Source: an uncultured Candidatus Saccharibacteria bacterium (GTDB lineage: Bacteria; Patescibacteriota; Minisyncoccia; Phycocordibacterales; UBA9973). Taken from it: a stretch of DNA of 39,207 bases. A model generated the notes under the pieces. That model saw only the letters and a program-made list of their open reading frames with translations, did not search any database and had not been told where the DNA came from. Positions 30,447 through 39,207 of this stretch are shown here, one piece after another (position 1 is the stretch's first letter; each line of letters opens with the position of its first letter). The stretch spans positions 1-39,207 of the forward strand of contig CAYJDV010000002.1 of the NCBI GenBank assembly GCA_964369095.1. Reading direction: 5' to 3'. The position numbers and the translations under genes were made by a program.

Positions 30447-31057
30447 TCACCCCGTCGATACGCCCAGAGGGACTTAAAATCGTTCAAGAATGTTTAAAGA
30501 ATCAAACATTTACTGATTTTGAATGGCTTGTTGAGGTTGGATTAGGGAACAAACATGATTTAAACAATGCTTTTAATAAAATGCTCAAACGTGCAAGTGG
30601 TGAACTCATAGTTTTCTACCAAGATTACATAAAAATAGAGAATGACGGATTGGAAAAGTTTTGGAATGAGTATCAAAAGGATAAAAACTATCTAATAACC
30701 GCACCCGTTGGAAAATCAGATGACTATACTAACCCAAAGTACGATTGGAGGGCTTTTAAATACGAAGATATAGGCTTTCAGGGGTGGGAAATAGACTGGG
30801 GAGCTTGTCCAAAATCAATTCTCTTTGAGATTGGTGGATTTAATGAAGAACTAGATAAATACTGGTCGTTTGATAACGTAGACGTTGCATATAGAGCTTT
30901 AAAGCACGGGTATAAGTTTAAATGTATTGACAATAAGTCAGTCGCCAAAGACCACGACAAAACAGAAAAGCACCCATTTAGAGAATTGTTTAACCCTAAA
31001 CATAATAACGAGATGCTATCAAACATTGACAAAGGGAACCACAAAAAGTGGATATGA
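30428..31057 (+). CDS. Glycosyltransferase family 2-like
   Basis: The N-terminal PRISVITPSIRPEGLKIVQECLKNQTFTDFEWLV is typical of GT2. Confidence 0.6.
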   Translation: MPRISVITPSIRPEGLKIVQECLKNQTFTDFEWLVEVGLGNKHDLNNAFNKMLKRASGELIVFYQDYIKIENDGLEKFWNEYQKDKNYLITAPVGKSDDYTNPKYDWRAFKYEDIGFQGWEIDWGACPKSILFEIGGFNEELDKYWSFDNVDVAYRALKHGYKFKCIDNKSVAKDHDKTEKHPFRELFNPKHNNEMLSNIDKGNHKKWI

Positions 31058-31063
31058 TATAAT
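31055..31063 (+). promoter_or_regulatory. Extended -10 TGaTATAAT
   Basis: Read directly. It is followed by the leader hairpin tagaataa/ttattcta (31110-31117/31127-31134). Confidence 0.45.
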
Positions 31064-31154
31064 GGGTATACAAAGCGGATTAACCTTACTTTGTTTTCTC
31101 TCTCATGGTTAGAATAACGAAGGCAATTATTCTAGTCATTAGAAACAAAATAAA

Positions 31155-31847
31155 ATGACTATTGGAAACATATCAAGTTTAATAACTTTTCTCACTAACG
31201 CAGACACAACTGCTTACACAAATGCAAATCGTTTACTAAATATAAACGACCATCTTAATCGTATTCAAACAACAATTCTACGCTCACAAGATGAGTGGGA
31301 TTTTGATGATAAAAACAACACAGACCTACCGATTCTCACAGCGGATATAGTCGCCAATCAACAATATTACACACTTCCAACAGGAATGATTGACATGAAA
31401 AGACTGGAAATGTCTTTTGATGGGGTTACTTTCTATAAGGCGATGCCACTTGATATAAACGAAAGACAAACCGACACAAGCAACCTAAGCGATTTCTCTC
31501 AAAATCAGCCGTATTACGATATGGTTTCAAGTGATACGTTCACACTATACCCAATACCAACAGCTAACGTAACTGGTGGACTTAAAATCTGGGTTTCAAG
31601 AACGCCAGTAGAATTTACATCAGCTGAACTTACAACTGGAACAAAAGAACCTGGATTTGAATCACTATTTCACCAAATGTTAGCTTATGGCTCAGCAATG
31701 GATTTCTGTATGGCTAGAGGTCTTCCACAATATTCAACAATCAAATCAGCTTACGATGAAATGTCTCAATCCCTTTCAAATCATTACGGAGATAAACAAG
31801 AGGACAGGCTAATGAGTATTAGAAGCAATCCAGTAAATTACAAATAA
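31155..31847 (+). CDS. Virion structural protein (possible head-tail adaptor), 230 aa
   Basis: Called on position only: it is the first gene of the tail block. Confidence 0.35.
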   Translation: MTIGNISSLITFLTNADTTAYTNANRLLNINDHLNRIQTTILRSQDEWDFDDKNNTDLPILTADIVANQQYYTLPTGMIDMKRLEMSFDGVTFYKAMPLDINERQTDTSNLSDFSQNQPYYDMVSSDTFTLYPIPTANVTGGLKIWVSRTPVEFTSAELTTGTKEPGFESLFHQMLAYGSAMDFCMARGLPQYSTIKSAYDEMSQSLSNHYGDKQEDRLMSIRSNPVNYK

Positions 31848-31848
31848 T

Positions 31849-32010
31849 ATGTCAACTAGCTGGGATTCATTTACAAAACCTGGGGCTGGTTGGGAATATG
31901 ACCAAGATGGCTATATATACGACCAAGCCCTCGACCCAAACACTGGAGCAATTATTTATTATGATTCAGCGGGAGAAGCAACCCAATGGACAGCAATTAA
32001 CAAACCTTAA
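31849..32010 (+). CDS. Hypothetical small protein (53 aa)
   Basis: Hand-translated as MSTSWDSFTKPGAGWEYDQDGYIYDQALDPNTGAIIYYDSAGEATQWTAINKP. Tightly packed with its neighbours. Confidence 0.45.
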   Translation: MSTSWDSFTKPGAGWEYDQDGYIYDQALDPNTGAIIYYDSAGEATQWTAINKP

Positions 32011-32013
32011 TAT

Positions 32014-33120
32014 ATGAGTACGAATTTCCCAACATCACTTGATGCACTAACAAACCCAACTTCGACAGATAGGGTTTCTACTGTTGGACACGCATCACAA
32101 CACGCAAACATTAACGATGCAGTCGAAGCACTTCAATCAAAGGTTGGGGTAAACTCATCTGCTGTTACTAGTTCACTTGATTACAAGGTAACAAACACAG
32201 CGTCTATTGACCCTGGACACAAACACACGACAGGTTCCCTATCTGTTTCTGGTTTAACAGCAAGTCAACTTCTTAGGGTAAACTCTGGTGGTACTGCAAT
32301 AGAATCATCTGGAAAAACAGTCCCAACAGGAGATATAGTTGGTACATCTGACACACAGGCATTAACAGGAAAAACAATAGACGGAGATTTGAACACGGTT
32401 CAAGATTTAACAGCTAGTGCAGTATTCAAAACTGGAACAGCTGTTCCTATCGCCAATGGTGGAACAGGACAAACATCGCAAACGTCAGCCTTTGATGCCC
32501 TTGCCCCAACAACTACTAAAGGAGACATAATTGTTTCAAATGGAACAGATAATATTCGTGTTGCGGTTGGCTCTAATGACCAAGTTCTTACAGCAGACTC
32601 GACACAGGCGTCGGGGGTAAAATGGGCGTCAGCTGGAACAAACGGATATTGGGACTTCGCAGAACAACTAGCAACCGACTATACAGTTACCAACAATGTA
32701 ACACTTCAAACTGTTACAGGGTTCACTTTTGCTGCTGGGGCAAGTGATATATGGGAAATAGAAATCATTGGTGCGACATATACAAACTCCACAACTGGAG
32801 ATATTATAGCCAATCTTGTAACAACAGGAACATGGATTGTAGATGGTTCTTACTATGAAGCACTTTACTATGGCCCGACTTCTACATTGGTTAATACAAG
32901 TAGAGTGGCGATAAGTTCAACAACAGGAGTTCTGGGGGCATCAACAGTTGTAAATAACGGAGATATTGCGACACCACGTTCGTTTATGCTTAAGTGTCTA
33001 GTTATTATGTCTGGTGCTGGTAACATTAACTTCCAAATTGCAAACGCATCTGCTGGTTCGGGAAGAGATAGTACATTAAAGGCTGGCTCTTACATGTTTG
33101 CTCGAAAACTATCAATATAA
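32014..33120 (+). CDS. Tail fibre / receptor-binding protein 2 (368 aa)
   Basis: Fibre-like N-terminus (FPTSLDALTNPTSTD...HANINDAVEALQSKVG). Contains ANGGTGQTS...KGDIIVSNGTDNIRVAVGSNDQVLTADSTQASGVKWAS. The C-terminus is paralogous to that of 736..2715. Confidence 0.65.
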   Translation: MSTNFPTSLDALTNPTSTDRVSTVGHASQHANINDAVEALQSKVGVNSSAVTSSLDYKVTNTASIDPGHKHTTGSLSVSGLTASQLLRVNSGGTAIESSGKTVPTGDIVGTSDTQALTGKTIDGDLNTVQDLTASAVFKTGTAVPIANGGTGQTSQTSAFDALAPTTTKGDIIVSNGTDNIRVAVGSNDQVLTADSTQASGVKWASAGTNGYWDFAEQLATDYTVTNNVTLQTVTGFTFAAGASDIWEIEIIGATYTNSTTGDIIANLVTTGTWIVDGSYYEALYYGPTSTLVNTSRVAISSTTGVLGASTVVNNGDIATPRSFMLKCLVIMSGAGNINFQIANASAGSGRDSTLKAGSYMFARKLSI

Positions 33121-33121
33121 T

Positions 33122-34603
33122 ATGAACAAAGATGGCTCAATTACAATAGATTCAAATGATTTTATTAAAGGTATATCTGATTCAAGATACACTGGTATTG
33201 AGCATATGCGAAACCTTGACCCGTTTACAAAAATAGGGCTATTGCGAATTTCATATAAATTAGACGCAGAATCAAACGCACCATCAACAGCCCTATTAAA
33301 GTTTTCAGCAATAAACCCAAGAACTGGGGATATATTCTTCGCACCAGATGAAAGTTCGGATTCTATCTATAAAAGAACTGGAAGTAATTCATGGACAACA
33401 ATAAGTGGTGCAACATCTGGAACGGCTCGTGGTTTAGTGATTGGTAATGATTATCTTTTTAGAGTAAGAAACTCTGGTGGAAATACCATTGTTGATAGAT
33501 ACGGCCCGCTATCCTCATCACCATCTTGGTCAAACTCTTGGGGAACACTCAGAACAAGCGATACGGCAACCTATGTGCCGTCAATTTATGGACAAGATGG
33601 AATTATTTATTTCGGAATTAACAACGACGTTGCATCAATTTCAGACGTAACCTCGGCGGGAAGTATAAATAGTTCAGCCCTAGATATTCCAGACGGATAT
33701 GTAATCCAATCTTTTACGGAGTTAGGTATAAATCTAATGGTTGGGGCATCGATGGGCGACTCTGTTTCTTCAATCGGAGATATATTCCCATGGGATAGAA
33801 CATCATCATCATTTAGCCTACCAATTCAAACTGGATTACAAGGTATTCCGATGATGTATACAAAAAACAATCTTATTTATGCAATCGGTGGAAGATTCGG
33901 ACAAATGTTCGTAACCAATAGCTCATCGGTCGAACAAAGAATTAAATTGTCTAACTACACAATGAATCCAGAAGTTAGATTTGTAACAAATGAAGATGCA
34001 ATAGACGCTCACAACTCTGGTTTAATTATCGGGTTATCAAAAACAGCGGGAACAGAAAATGGCCCAGCGGGTGTGTGGGTTGTAAACGATAATACCGTAA
34101 CACTTCAAACACTATCAATCGGGGATTCAAATGATTCTGACGGGTGCGAAATTGGGTGTGTTGTATCACTAAGTGATTTCTCGTACCTTGTAACATGGAA
34201 AGATAATACAGGAAGTGATACTTACGGAGTTGACGTTGTAGATACGGGTCGAAGAGTTTCATCATACGGAGCATATCTTGATTCAAGAATGTATCAAGTT
34301 GGAACAAAACTATCTCCTAAAACATTTCAAAAGCTTTTAATAAAATTTGCTTCTCCATTAGCATCATCACAAGGTATTAAGGTTTCTTACAGATTAAATT
34401 CAAGTGATTCATACACAGAAATAGAAACTTTTGCTTATGGCTCTGGGACTGGGGCAGATAACGATAACCTCGGTGGTATAATGAGTATAGATTTTTCACC
34501 ACTTAATATCCCAGCAACTGAAAGTATTCAATTTAGAATTGCATTAACAACAAATACATCTAATGACGCCACACCTGAATTAGAATATTTAATTATAAAA
34601 TAA
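33122..34603 (+). CDS. Virion structural protein (493 aa; tail or nozzle candidate)
   Basis: I prefer the ATG at 33122 over the track's TTG at 33098. The call rests on position only. Confidence 0.4.
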   Translation: MNKDGSITIDSNDFIKGISDSRYTGIEHMRNLDPFTKIGLLRISYKLDAESNAPSTALLKFSAINPRTGDIFFAPDESSDSIYKRTGSNSWTTISGATSGTARGLVIGNDYLFRVRNSGGNTIVDRYGPLSSSPSWSNSWGTLRTSDTATYVPSIYGQDGIIYFGINNDVASISDVTSAGSINSSALDIPDGYVIQSFTELGINLMVGASMGDSVSSIGDIFPWDRTSSSFSLPIQTGLQGIPMMYTKNNLIYAIGGRFGQMFVTNSSSVEQRIKLSNYTMNPEVRFVTNEDAIDAHNSGLIIGLSKTAGTENGPAGVWVVNDNTVTLQTLSIGDSNDSDGCEIGCVVSLSDFSYLVTWKDNTGSDTYGVDVVDTGRRVSSYGAYLDSRMYQVGTKLSPKTFQKLLIKFASPLASSQGIKVSYRLNSSDSYTEIETFAYGSGTGADNDNLGGIMSIDFSPLNIPATESIQFRIALTTNTSNDATPELEYLIIK

Positions 34604-34604
34604 T

Positions 34605-34808
34605 ATGGAACTAGATAAGCTACAAACAACACCATACCACACACACAACGGAGTTGATTCACCTCGACTTGATTTTGAATTAACTGATTTATTAACGCCA
34701 ATTTCATCGCCAGCAAGCCCAGCGGGTGGGGTAACGGTTGATTCACAAGCTAGAACTGCAATTGTTGATATTATTACTAAACTACAAACAGTAGGTATCT
34801 TCTTATAA
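34605..34808 (+). CDS. Hypothetical structural-module protein (67 aa)
   Basis: Track ORF. The PYHTHNGVDSPRL motif is also seen in some fibre-associated proteins. Confidence 0.45.
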   Translation: MELDKLQTTPYHTHNGVDSPRLDFELTDLLTPISSPASPAGGVTVDSQARTAIVDIITKLQTVGIFL

Positions 34809-34809
34809 T

Positions 34810-35922
34810 ATGGCCTTTCAAGGAACAATAGAAAATCTAAATAAATCAACAACATCAGGAAGAAGAATAAAACCATCTCCTAAAAGTGTTGGCACACCAT
34901 TCATAGACAATGGCTCATTCAATATAAAAGTCCCTAGAGAAATTCCATCTCAAGTTCTTGGTTCAGACGTATCAATGGGAGACCTTTCTTCACTTTTTAA
35001 TCAATACAAAACAAGTCAACAAGCCATCTCAGATAAACTACTTACAGCGTCAGCACCAAGCACGGCAGAAACAAACGCAAGAAACGCACTAATCAATTTC
35101 GACCAATCATACCGACAGGGAATGGATAAAATCGAAAACAAACCTATCGCTATGGAATTTGTAACTGGTCAGCAAGCAGCACTTGAAAGACAAGCTGGAA
35201 TAACTCGACAAGGATTGGCAGAAACTTACTCAGCTCTTTCGGAAGATAGAAAGGCACAAGTTGATTCACTTGAAAATCAATGGAGCAGACTATCTGACAT
35301 ATTTAAAACTGGTGTAGACACAATTAAAACACAAAAAGAATTTGACAGACTAGATAAGGAGGCACAAAAACTTGATACAAGCATCATAACTCTTGATAAC
35401 GGGTCAACAATGCTAATTGATAACCAAACAGGAAAGGTTGTAAAAGACTTTGGTGGAATTAAGCCAGTCAGTGGTTCATCTGGTGTTGCGGGACAAAATT
35501 TAGCTGGATACAGAGAGCAATCTGCAACAAATGTTTTGAATTATGTTGATACTGCACTTAGTCAAATTAAATTAGGAACAGCTGGATTTGGAACAGACAC
35601 GCTTTCTAAATTCGGTGGAACTGGAGCAAAGAATCTTCGAGCGACACTAGAAACAGTAAAGGGCAACATTGGATTCGAGGCACTTCAAGCAATGAGAGAA
35701 GCTTCAAAAACAGGTGGAGCATTGGGTTCTATCGCCGTTCAAGAATTAACTGCATTACAATCTGTTTTGGGTTCTCTTGATGCAAGCCAATCACGCTCAC
35801 AACTAAGACAAAATCTTGAGAACATTAAGGCTCACTATGCAAATGCAATGAAGGCCCTTAACCAAGCAGACCAAACAATATCACAACCAAACGAAAATGA
35901 CCCGCTAGGACTTTTTAACTAA
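34810..35922 (+). CDS. Virion/internal protein candidate, Q/A/S-rich and helical (370 aa)
   Basis: Track ORF. It directly precedes the giant protein. Confidence 0.4.
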   Translation: MAFQGTIENLNKSTTSGRRIKPSPKSVGTPFIDNGSFNIKVPREIPSQVLGSDVSMGDLSSLFNQYKTSQQAISDKLLTASAPSTAETNARNALINFDQSYRQGMDKIENKPIAMEFVTGQQAALERQAGITRQGLAETYSALSEDRKAQVDSLENQWSRLSDIFKTGVDTIKTQKEFDRLDKEAQKLDTSIITLDNGSTMLIDNQTGKVVKDFGGIKPVSGSSGVAGQNLAGYREQSATNVLNYVDTALSQIKLGTAGFGTDTLSKFGGTGAKNLRATLETVKGNIGFEALQAMREASKTGGALGSIAVQELTALQSVLGSLDASQSRSQLRQNLENIKAHYANAMKALNQADQTISQPNENDPLGLFN

Positions 35923-35923
35923 C

Positions 35924-38900
35924 ATGGATAAAACAACTCAACCAAAAGAAACAATGGAACAATTTGGTGCAAGAATACGGGGTAAATACCCAGAGTATTT
36001 AAAGTATTCAAACAAAGAAATTGCACAAAAAATGATTGTTAAATATCCACAGTATGCAACCAATGTTTCTGACATAGAGCAACCAAAACAAGAAAGCTTT
36101 TTAACAAAAGCGGGAAAAACTGTTGCTGGATTTTTTACTGGGGAAACACAAAAACTCGGAAAAACTCTTGGGCAAATCGGTGCAACAGAAGACGTTACTC
36201 AATCACTTAATAAATCAGAACAATTAGCTGGTGGAGTTGAAGCTAATCTTATTAAACAAATACGACTTGCAAAATCACAAGGAAGAGATACTTCAAAATT
36301 AGAAAAAGAATTGGTTAGTATTTCTGGAAGACAAAGACCTGGTCAATTAACAAAAGAAATTATCCCTGGTGCATTAAAATCGAATCGCCAAGTAATAGGA
36401 GAGGTTGTTGGAACTGCGACAGAAGCCCTACAGGGTGGTGCCATTAGTGGAACACGTGGTCTTGGGTTGGCTAAAATCGCTCCAACAGCAGAAAAAGCGG
36501 CAATATCAAAAGCTCAATATTTAGCAAAACCACTTTCTGGAAGACTAAAACAAATCGGAACTGAAACAGTTAAAGATATTGCATCTATTCTTCCGTTTGG
36601 TTACTCATACGACGTTGCTCAAAATTTACAAAACGACAAAACGGGAATGGAGGCATTTAAACCAGGAATGGCGACCATCATGTCAACAGTTATTCCACTT
36701 GGATTGGGAACGATACGAGCAGGAAGACAAATAACCGCAGACACTCTTTCAAACGTGGTTGCACCAAACCTTTCAGGTGTTCAGGCGGAAGCGTACAAAA
36801 GATTACGAACTGGAGATGTTGATTTTAAAAATGCACCAACTCCACAAAAGGCACTAGAAGACGCTCGAATATCAGCGACAGCTTTTAAACAAGCTGTTCA
36901 AGAAGAATTTGGGGAAGGTCAGGAAAAACTAATTACAGAAATGACTGGAAAAAGAATTGGAATAACCGAGAGTGAAAAAGTAAAACTACAAAAAATTGCA
37001 GAAAGATTTGGGTTTTCTGACAGACTACCTCAAAACCCACAAAACATGTCAGTAAAAGAAACAATGGATTTAGTAAAGGAAATTAACTCGATTAAACCAA
37101 TTTCACAACTAGATGACCCATTAATAATGAATCTGAAACTATCATTGATGGATATTAAAAAATCTATCATGGAAAGAGCTGGCTCAAACGAGGGATTCAC
37201 AAATAAGTTTTCAACTATATATAAAAACTATTCAACTAAACAAAAGATGTTGAAAGATATACAAAGTGTTATAGGCAAGATTGGAACATCTCAAAATGGA
37301 ACAAGACTAGCTCTAAACCCAACACAAACACAAACCGCAACATCTCGACTACAAAGAATTTTCCAAGAAAATGGAACAGAATATTTAAAGGCGATTAAAC
37401 AACTTGAATTAGAGACTGGAGAAAATATTTTAGATAAAGTTGCGGCTTCTCAGCTTGCGAATATATTACCAAAGACACTAAGAACAGCCCCAGCGGGATT
37501 GGGGGGAATAATGAACGACGTTGTTTCGGCGGTAACTATCCCATTGTCATCACCAAGATTTTCAGCATTTCTAATATCTCAAATTGGGGGTTATGGTCGT
37601 GGGGCAGTAACAAAATTACTAAATGCTAATCCTAAAATACGAAAAGCTATCTATGATGCGGTTCATAAAGAGAATATGAAGTTCTCAGACGCAGTTGAAC
37701 TTTACGCCATAGACTACATAAAAAACCCAAAGATGGGTGCATCTATTCAAGACGTAAGTAAAAATCAGTTAAATAACCAAAATATAAGTGCCAATAATGG
37801 TAAAATAACCCAAACAAACACTAAAATTCCAACAAATATTGCCATAGATACAAACTCTACAACTAATACTATTAAAAGTCAAGCCTACAAAGGAGAGAAA
37901 GACCTCACAACAAAAATCCTCAAAGACCTAGAGGGAAAAACTACTGTATCTAAACAGTATATTCTTGACGCTACAAACAGAGGTGAACTTAAACAAGTAG
38001 AACGAGATATAACACGACAAGTGCTAGAGGATATGACAAGAAACAAAGAACCTTTAATATCAATTCCTCAAATTAAAAGTAAATACCCGAAACTTGAATT
38101 TGGAATATATGAAAATCCTAGTGAAATAACTTTAAGTAAAATTGTTGTGCCAAAAGCAGAACGAGGTGGTGGAGTAGGTACTTCTGCTATGAATGACTTA
38201 GTCAAGTATGCTGACCAAAGTGGTAAAAAGATAGTATTAACACCATCTACTGATTACGGAGGCAGTAGTGTTTCAAGACTGAAAGACTTTTATAAGAAGT
38301 TTGGCTTTGTTGAAAACGCTGGAAAAAATAAAGATTTCTCTACAAGAGAGTCTATGTTTAGATTGCCTCAAAAGACATATTCTTCCGACACCATAAACGT
38401 CAAAGAATTTGCTGATAAAGTAAAGAGTGAATTGTTGCCTTTGGAAGCAAAAACAAGTGGGTCATCGATACAAAGAAATAAAACATCAGAAGATTATTTA
38501 ATGACTCCACGATACGAAAATATCTCACTTCCAAGTGAATTGAGAGGCAAAATAAAAGACTATCGAGAAAGAATATACAACTCTCCGATTGAAACTAGTG
38601 CAGGTAAAACCCACTTCGGTTCAAATGCAAGAGATACAGCTAAAAACTACTTCGGTCACACCCGTATAGAAGACATGGCAGACAATAAAACTCGTAGAGT
38701 AATTGAAGTACAGAGTGATTTGTATCAGAAGGGGAATTTGGAGAAGGAGGGAGATAATTTCTCAAAAGAAAATCTAAAGAAACTAGGAAGTGATACTGGA
38801 CTTGGTGTATTCAACAAAAGTGACCCATTTAATTACAAAAAAATGGATATTTCAACATTGAAAGTTGGGGATATTGTCGGAGAAAAATATGGCAAACAGT

Positions 38901-39207
38901 ACAAGGTGAATAAAATACTAAATGACAGTGATATAAAAGTGCAAGAACTTTATCGTGGAAATGGTGTAAAAGAATTTGATTTTAAGAAATACACTGTAGC
39001 ACCTGAAGAATATCAATTAAATACAAAAGTCGGTGGAGATGCCAATCAAAGAAGTATACAAGCAAGTAGCTACCAAAATAAAATAAGTCAGAGAGAACAA
39101 GAAATATCTAAACTCCAACAATACAACGACCCTACAGCTCACTTCCGTATGGTACGAGAAGAAATAAAGAAAGCTAGTCAAGATGGTAAAACAAAACTCC
39201 AATTCCC
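35924..39207 (+). CDS. Giant virion protein, N-terminal ~1094 codons (runs off the window end, continues at 1..731; ~1320 aa in total)
   Basis: ATG at 35924, directly after the previous stop. I translated every codon to 39207 and found no stop. The ORF track omits it because it lacks a stop inside the window. It contains a GNAT-like segment at about 38060-38330. Confidence 0.85.
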   Translation, partial: MDKTTQPKETMEQFGARIRGKYPEYLKYSNKEIAQKMIVKYPQYATNVSDIEQPKQESFLTKAGKTVAGFFTGETQKLGKTLGQIGATEDVTQSLNKSEQLAGGVEANLIKQIRLAKSQGRDTSKLEKELVSISGRQRPGQLTKEIIPGALKSNRQVIGEVVGTATEALQGGAISGTRGLGLAKIAPTAEKAAISKAQYLAKPLSGRLKQIGTETVKDIASILPFGYSYDVAQNLQNDKTGMEAFKPGMATIMSTVIPLGLGTIRAGRQITADTLSNVVAPNLSGVQAEAYKRLRTGDVDFKNAPTPQKALEDARISATAFKQAVQEEFGEGQEKLITEMTGKRIGITESEKVKLQKIAERFGFSDRLPQNPQNMSVKETMDLVKEINSIKPISQLDDPLIMNLKLSLMDIKKSIMERAGSNEGFTNKFSTIYKNYSTKQKMLKDIQSVIGKIGTSQNGTRLALNPTQTQTATSRLQRIFQENGTEYLKAIKQLELETGENILDKVAASQLANILPKTLRTAPAGLGGIMNDVVSAVTIPLSSPRFSAFLISQIGGYGRGAVTKLLNANPKIRKAIYDAVHKENMKFSDAVELYAIDYIKNPKMGASIQDVSKNQLNNQNISANNGKITQTNTKIPTNIAIDTNSTTNTIKSQAYKGEKDLTTKILKDLEGKTTVSKQYILDATNRGELKQVERDITRQVLEDMTRNKEPLISIPQIKSKYPKLEFGIYENPSEITLSKIVVPKAERGGGVGTSAMNDLVKYADQSGKKIVLTPSTDYGGSSVSRLKDFYKKFGFVENAGKNKDFSTRESMFRLPQKTYSSDTINVKEFADKVKSELLPLEAKTSGSSIQRNKTSEDYLMTPRYENISLPSELRGKIKDYRERIYNSPIETSAGKTHFGSNARDTAKNYFGHTRIEDMADNKTRRVIEVQSDLYQKGNLEKEGDNFSKENLKKLGSDTGLGVFNKSDPFNYKKMDISTLKVGDIVGEKYGKQYKVNKILNDSDIKVQELYRGNGVKEFDFKKYTVAPEEYQLNTKVGGDANQRSIQASSYQNKISQREQEISKLQQYNDPTAHFRMVREEIKKASQDGKTKLQF
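39156..39207. repeat. 52-bp exact copy of the window start (1-52)
   Basis: Same 52-mer as positions 1-52. Confidence 0.95.

Noticed and set aside
39017-39202. Minus-strand 61-aa ORF at the window end
   Set aside because: It is antisense to the giant + strand ORF. Its translation is low-complexity and Phe/Leu/Tyr-rich.
1-39207. CRISPR arrays, an integrase/repressor lysogeny module, and attP-like sites
   Set aside because: I saw no regularly spaced direct repeats, no tyrosine or serine recombinase motifs and no cI/Cro-type divergent pair. The genome therefore looks lytic, or at least integrase-less. This is a negative result from reading by eye only.

Overview
The window is a complete, circularly closed dsDNA phage genome. 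The first 52 nt are identical to the last 52 nt, so the unique length is 39155 bp. It is low-GC and transcribed almost entirely from the + strand. The layout looks podovirus-like, with no tape-measure or tail-tube gene recognisable.

Gene order from the left:
- The C-terminal end of a ~1320-aa giant virion protein that starts at 35924 and reads through the window junction.
- A Ser/Thr-rich tail fibre.
- A lysis cassette: holin, an HExxH + DUF5675-like lysin, a small membrane protein, and a secreted Rpf-like transglycosylase.
- A NinG-like nuclease.
- The only minus-strand module: an HNH cassette and a calcineurin-like metallophosphoesterase.
- About 10 kb of small early ORFs, including two more HNH nucleases, two minimal HExxH proteins, a DUF736-like protein, a possible Rad52-like protein and a beta-clamp-like mini protein.
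- A GroEL-family chaperonin.
- TerS, TerL, portal, scaffold and an SU10-type major capsid protein.
- A 4.8-kb glycosyltransferase/methyltransferase cassette inside the structural module.
- An adaptor-like gene, a second fibre, further structural genes, and the giant protein, which carries a GNAT-like segment.

I could not recognise any DNA polymerase, primase, helicase, RNA polymerase, integrase, repressor module, tRNA or CRISPR array.

The non-coding DNA (about 7% of the genome) holds DnaA-box-like TTATCCACA(G) motifs upstream of promoters, several intrinsic terminators and two or three structured-RNA candidates. Most start codons lack a Shine-Dalgarno sequence.

All functional calls come from motifs read by eye. 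No database search was run.
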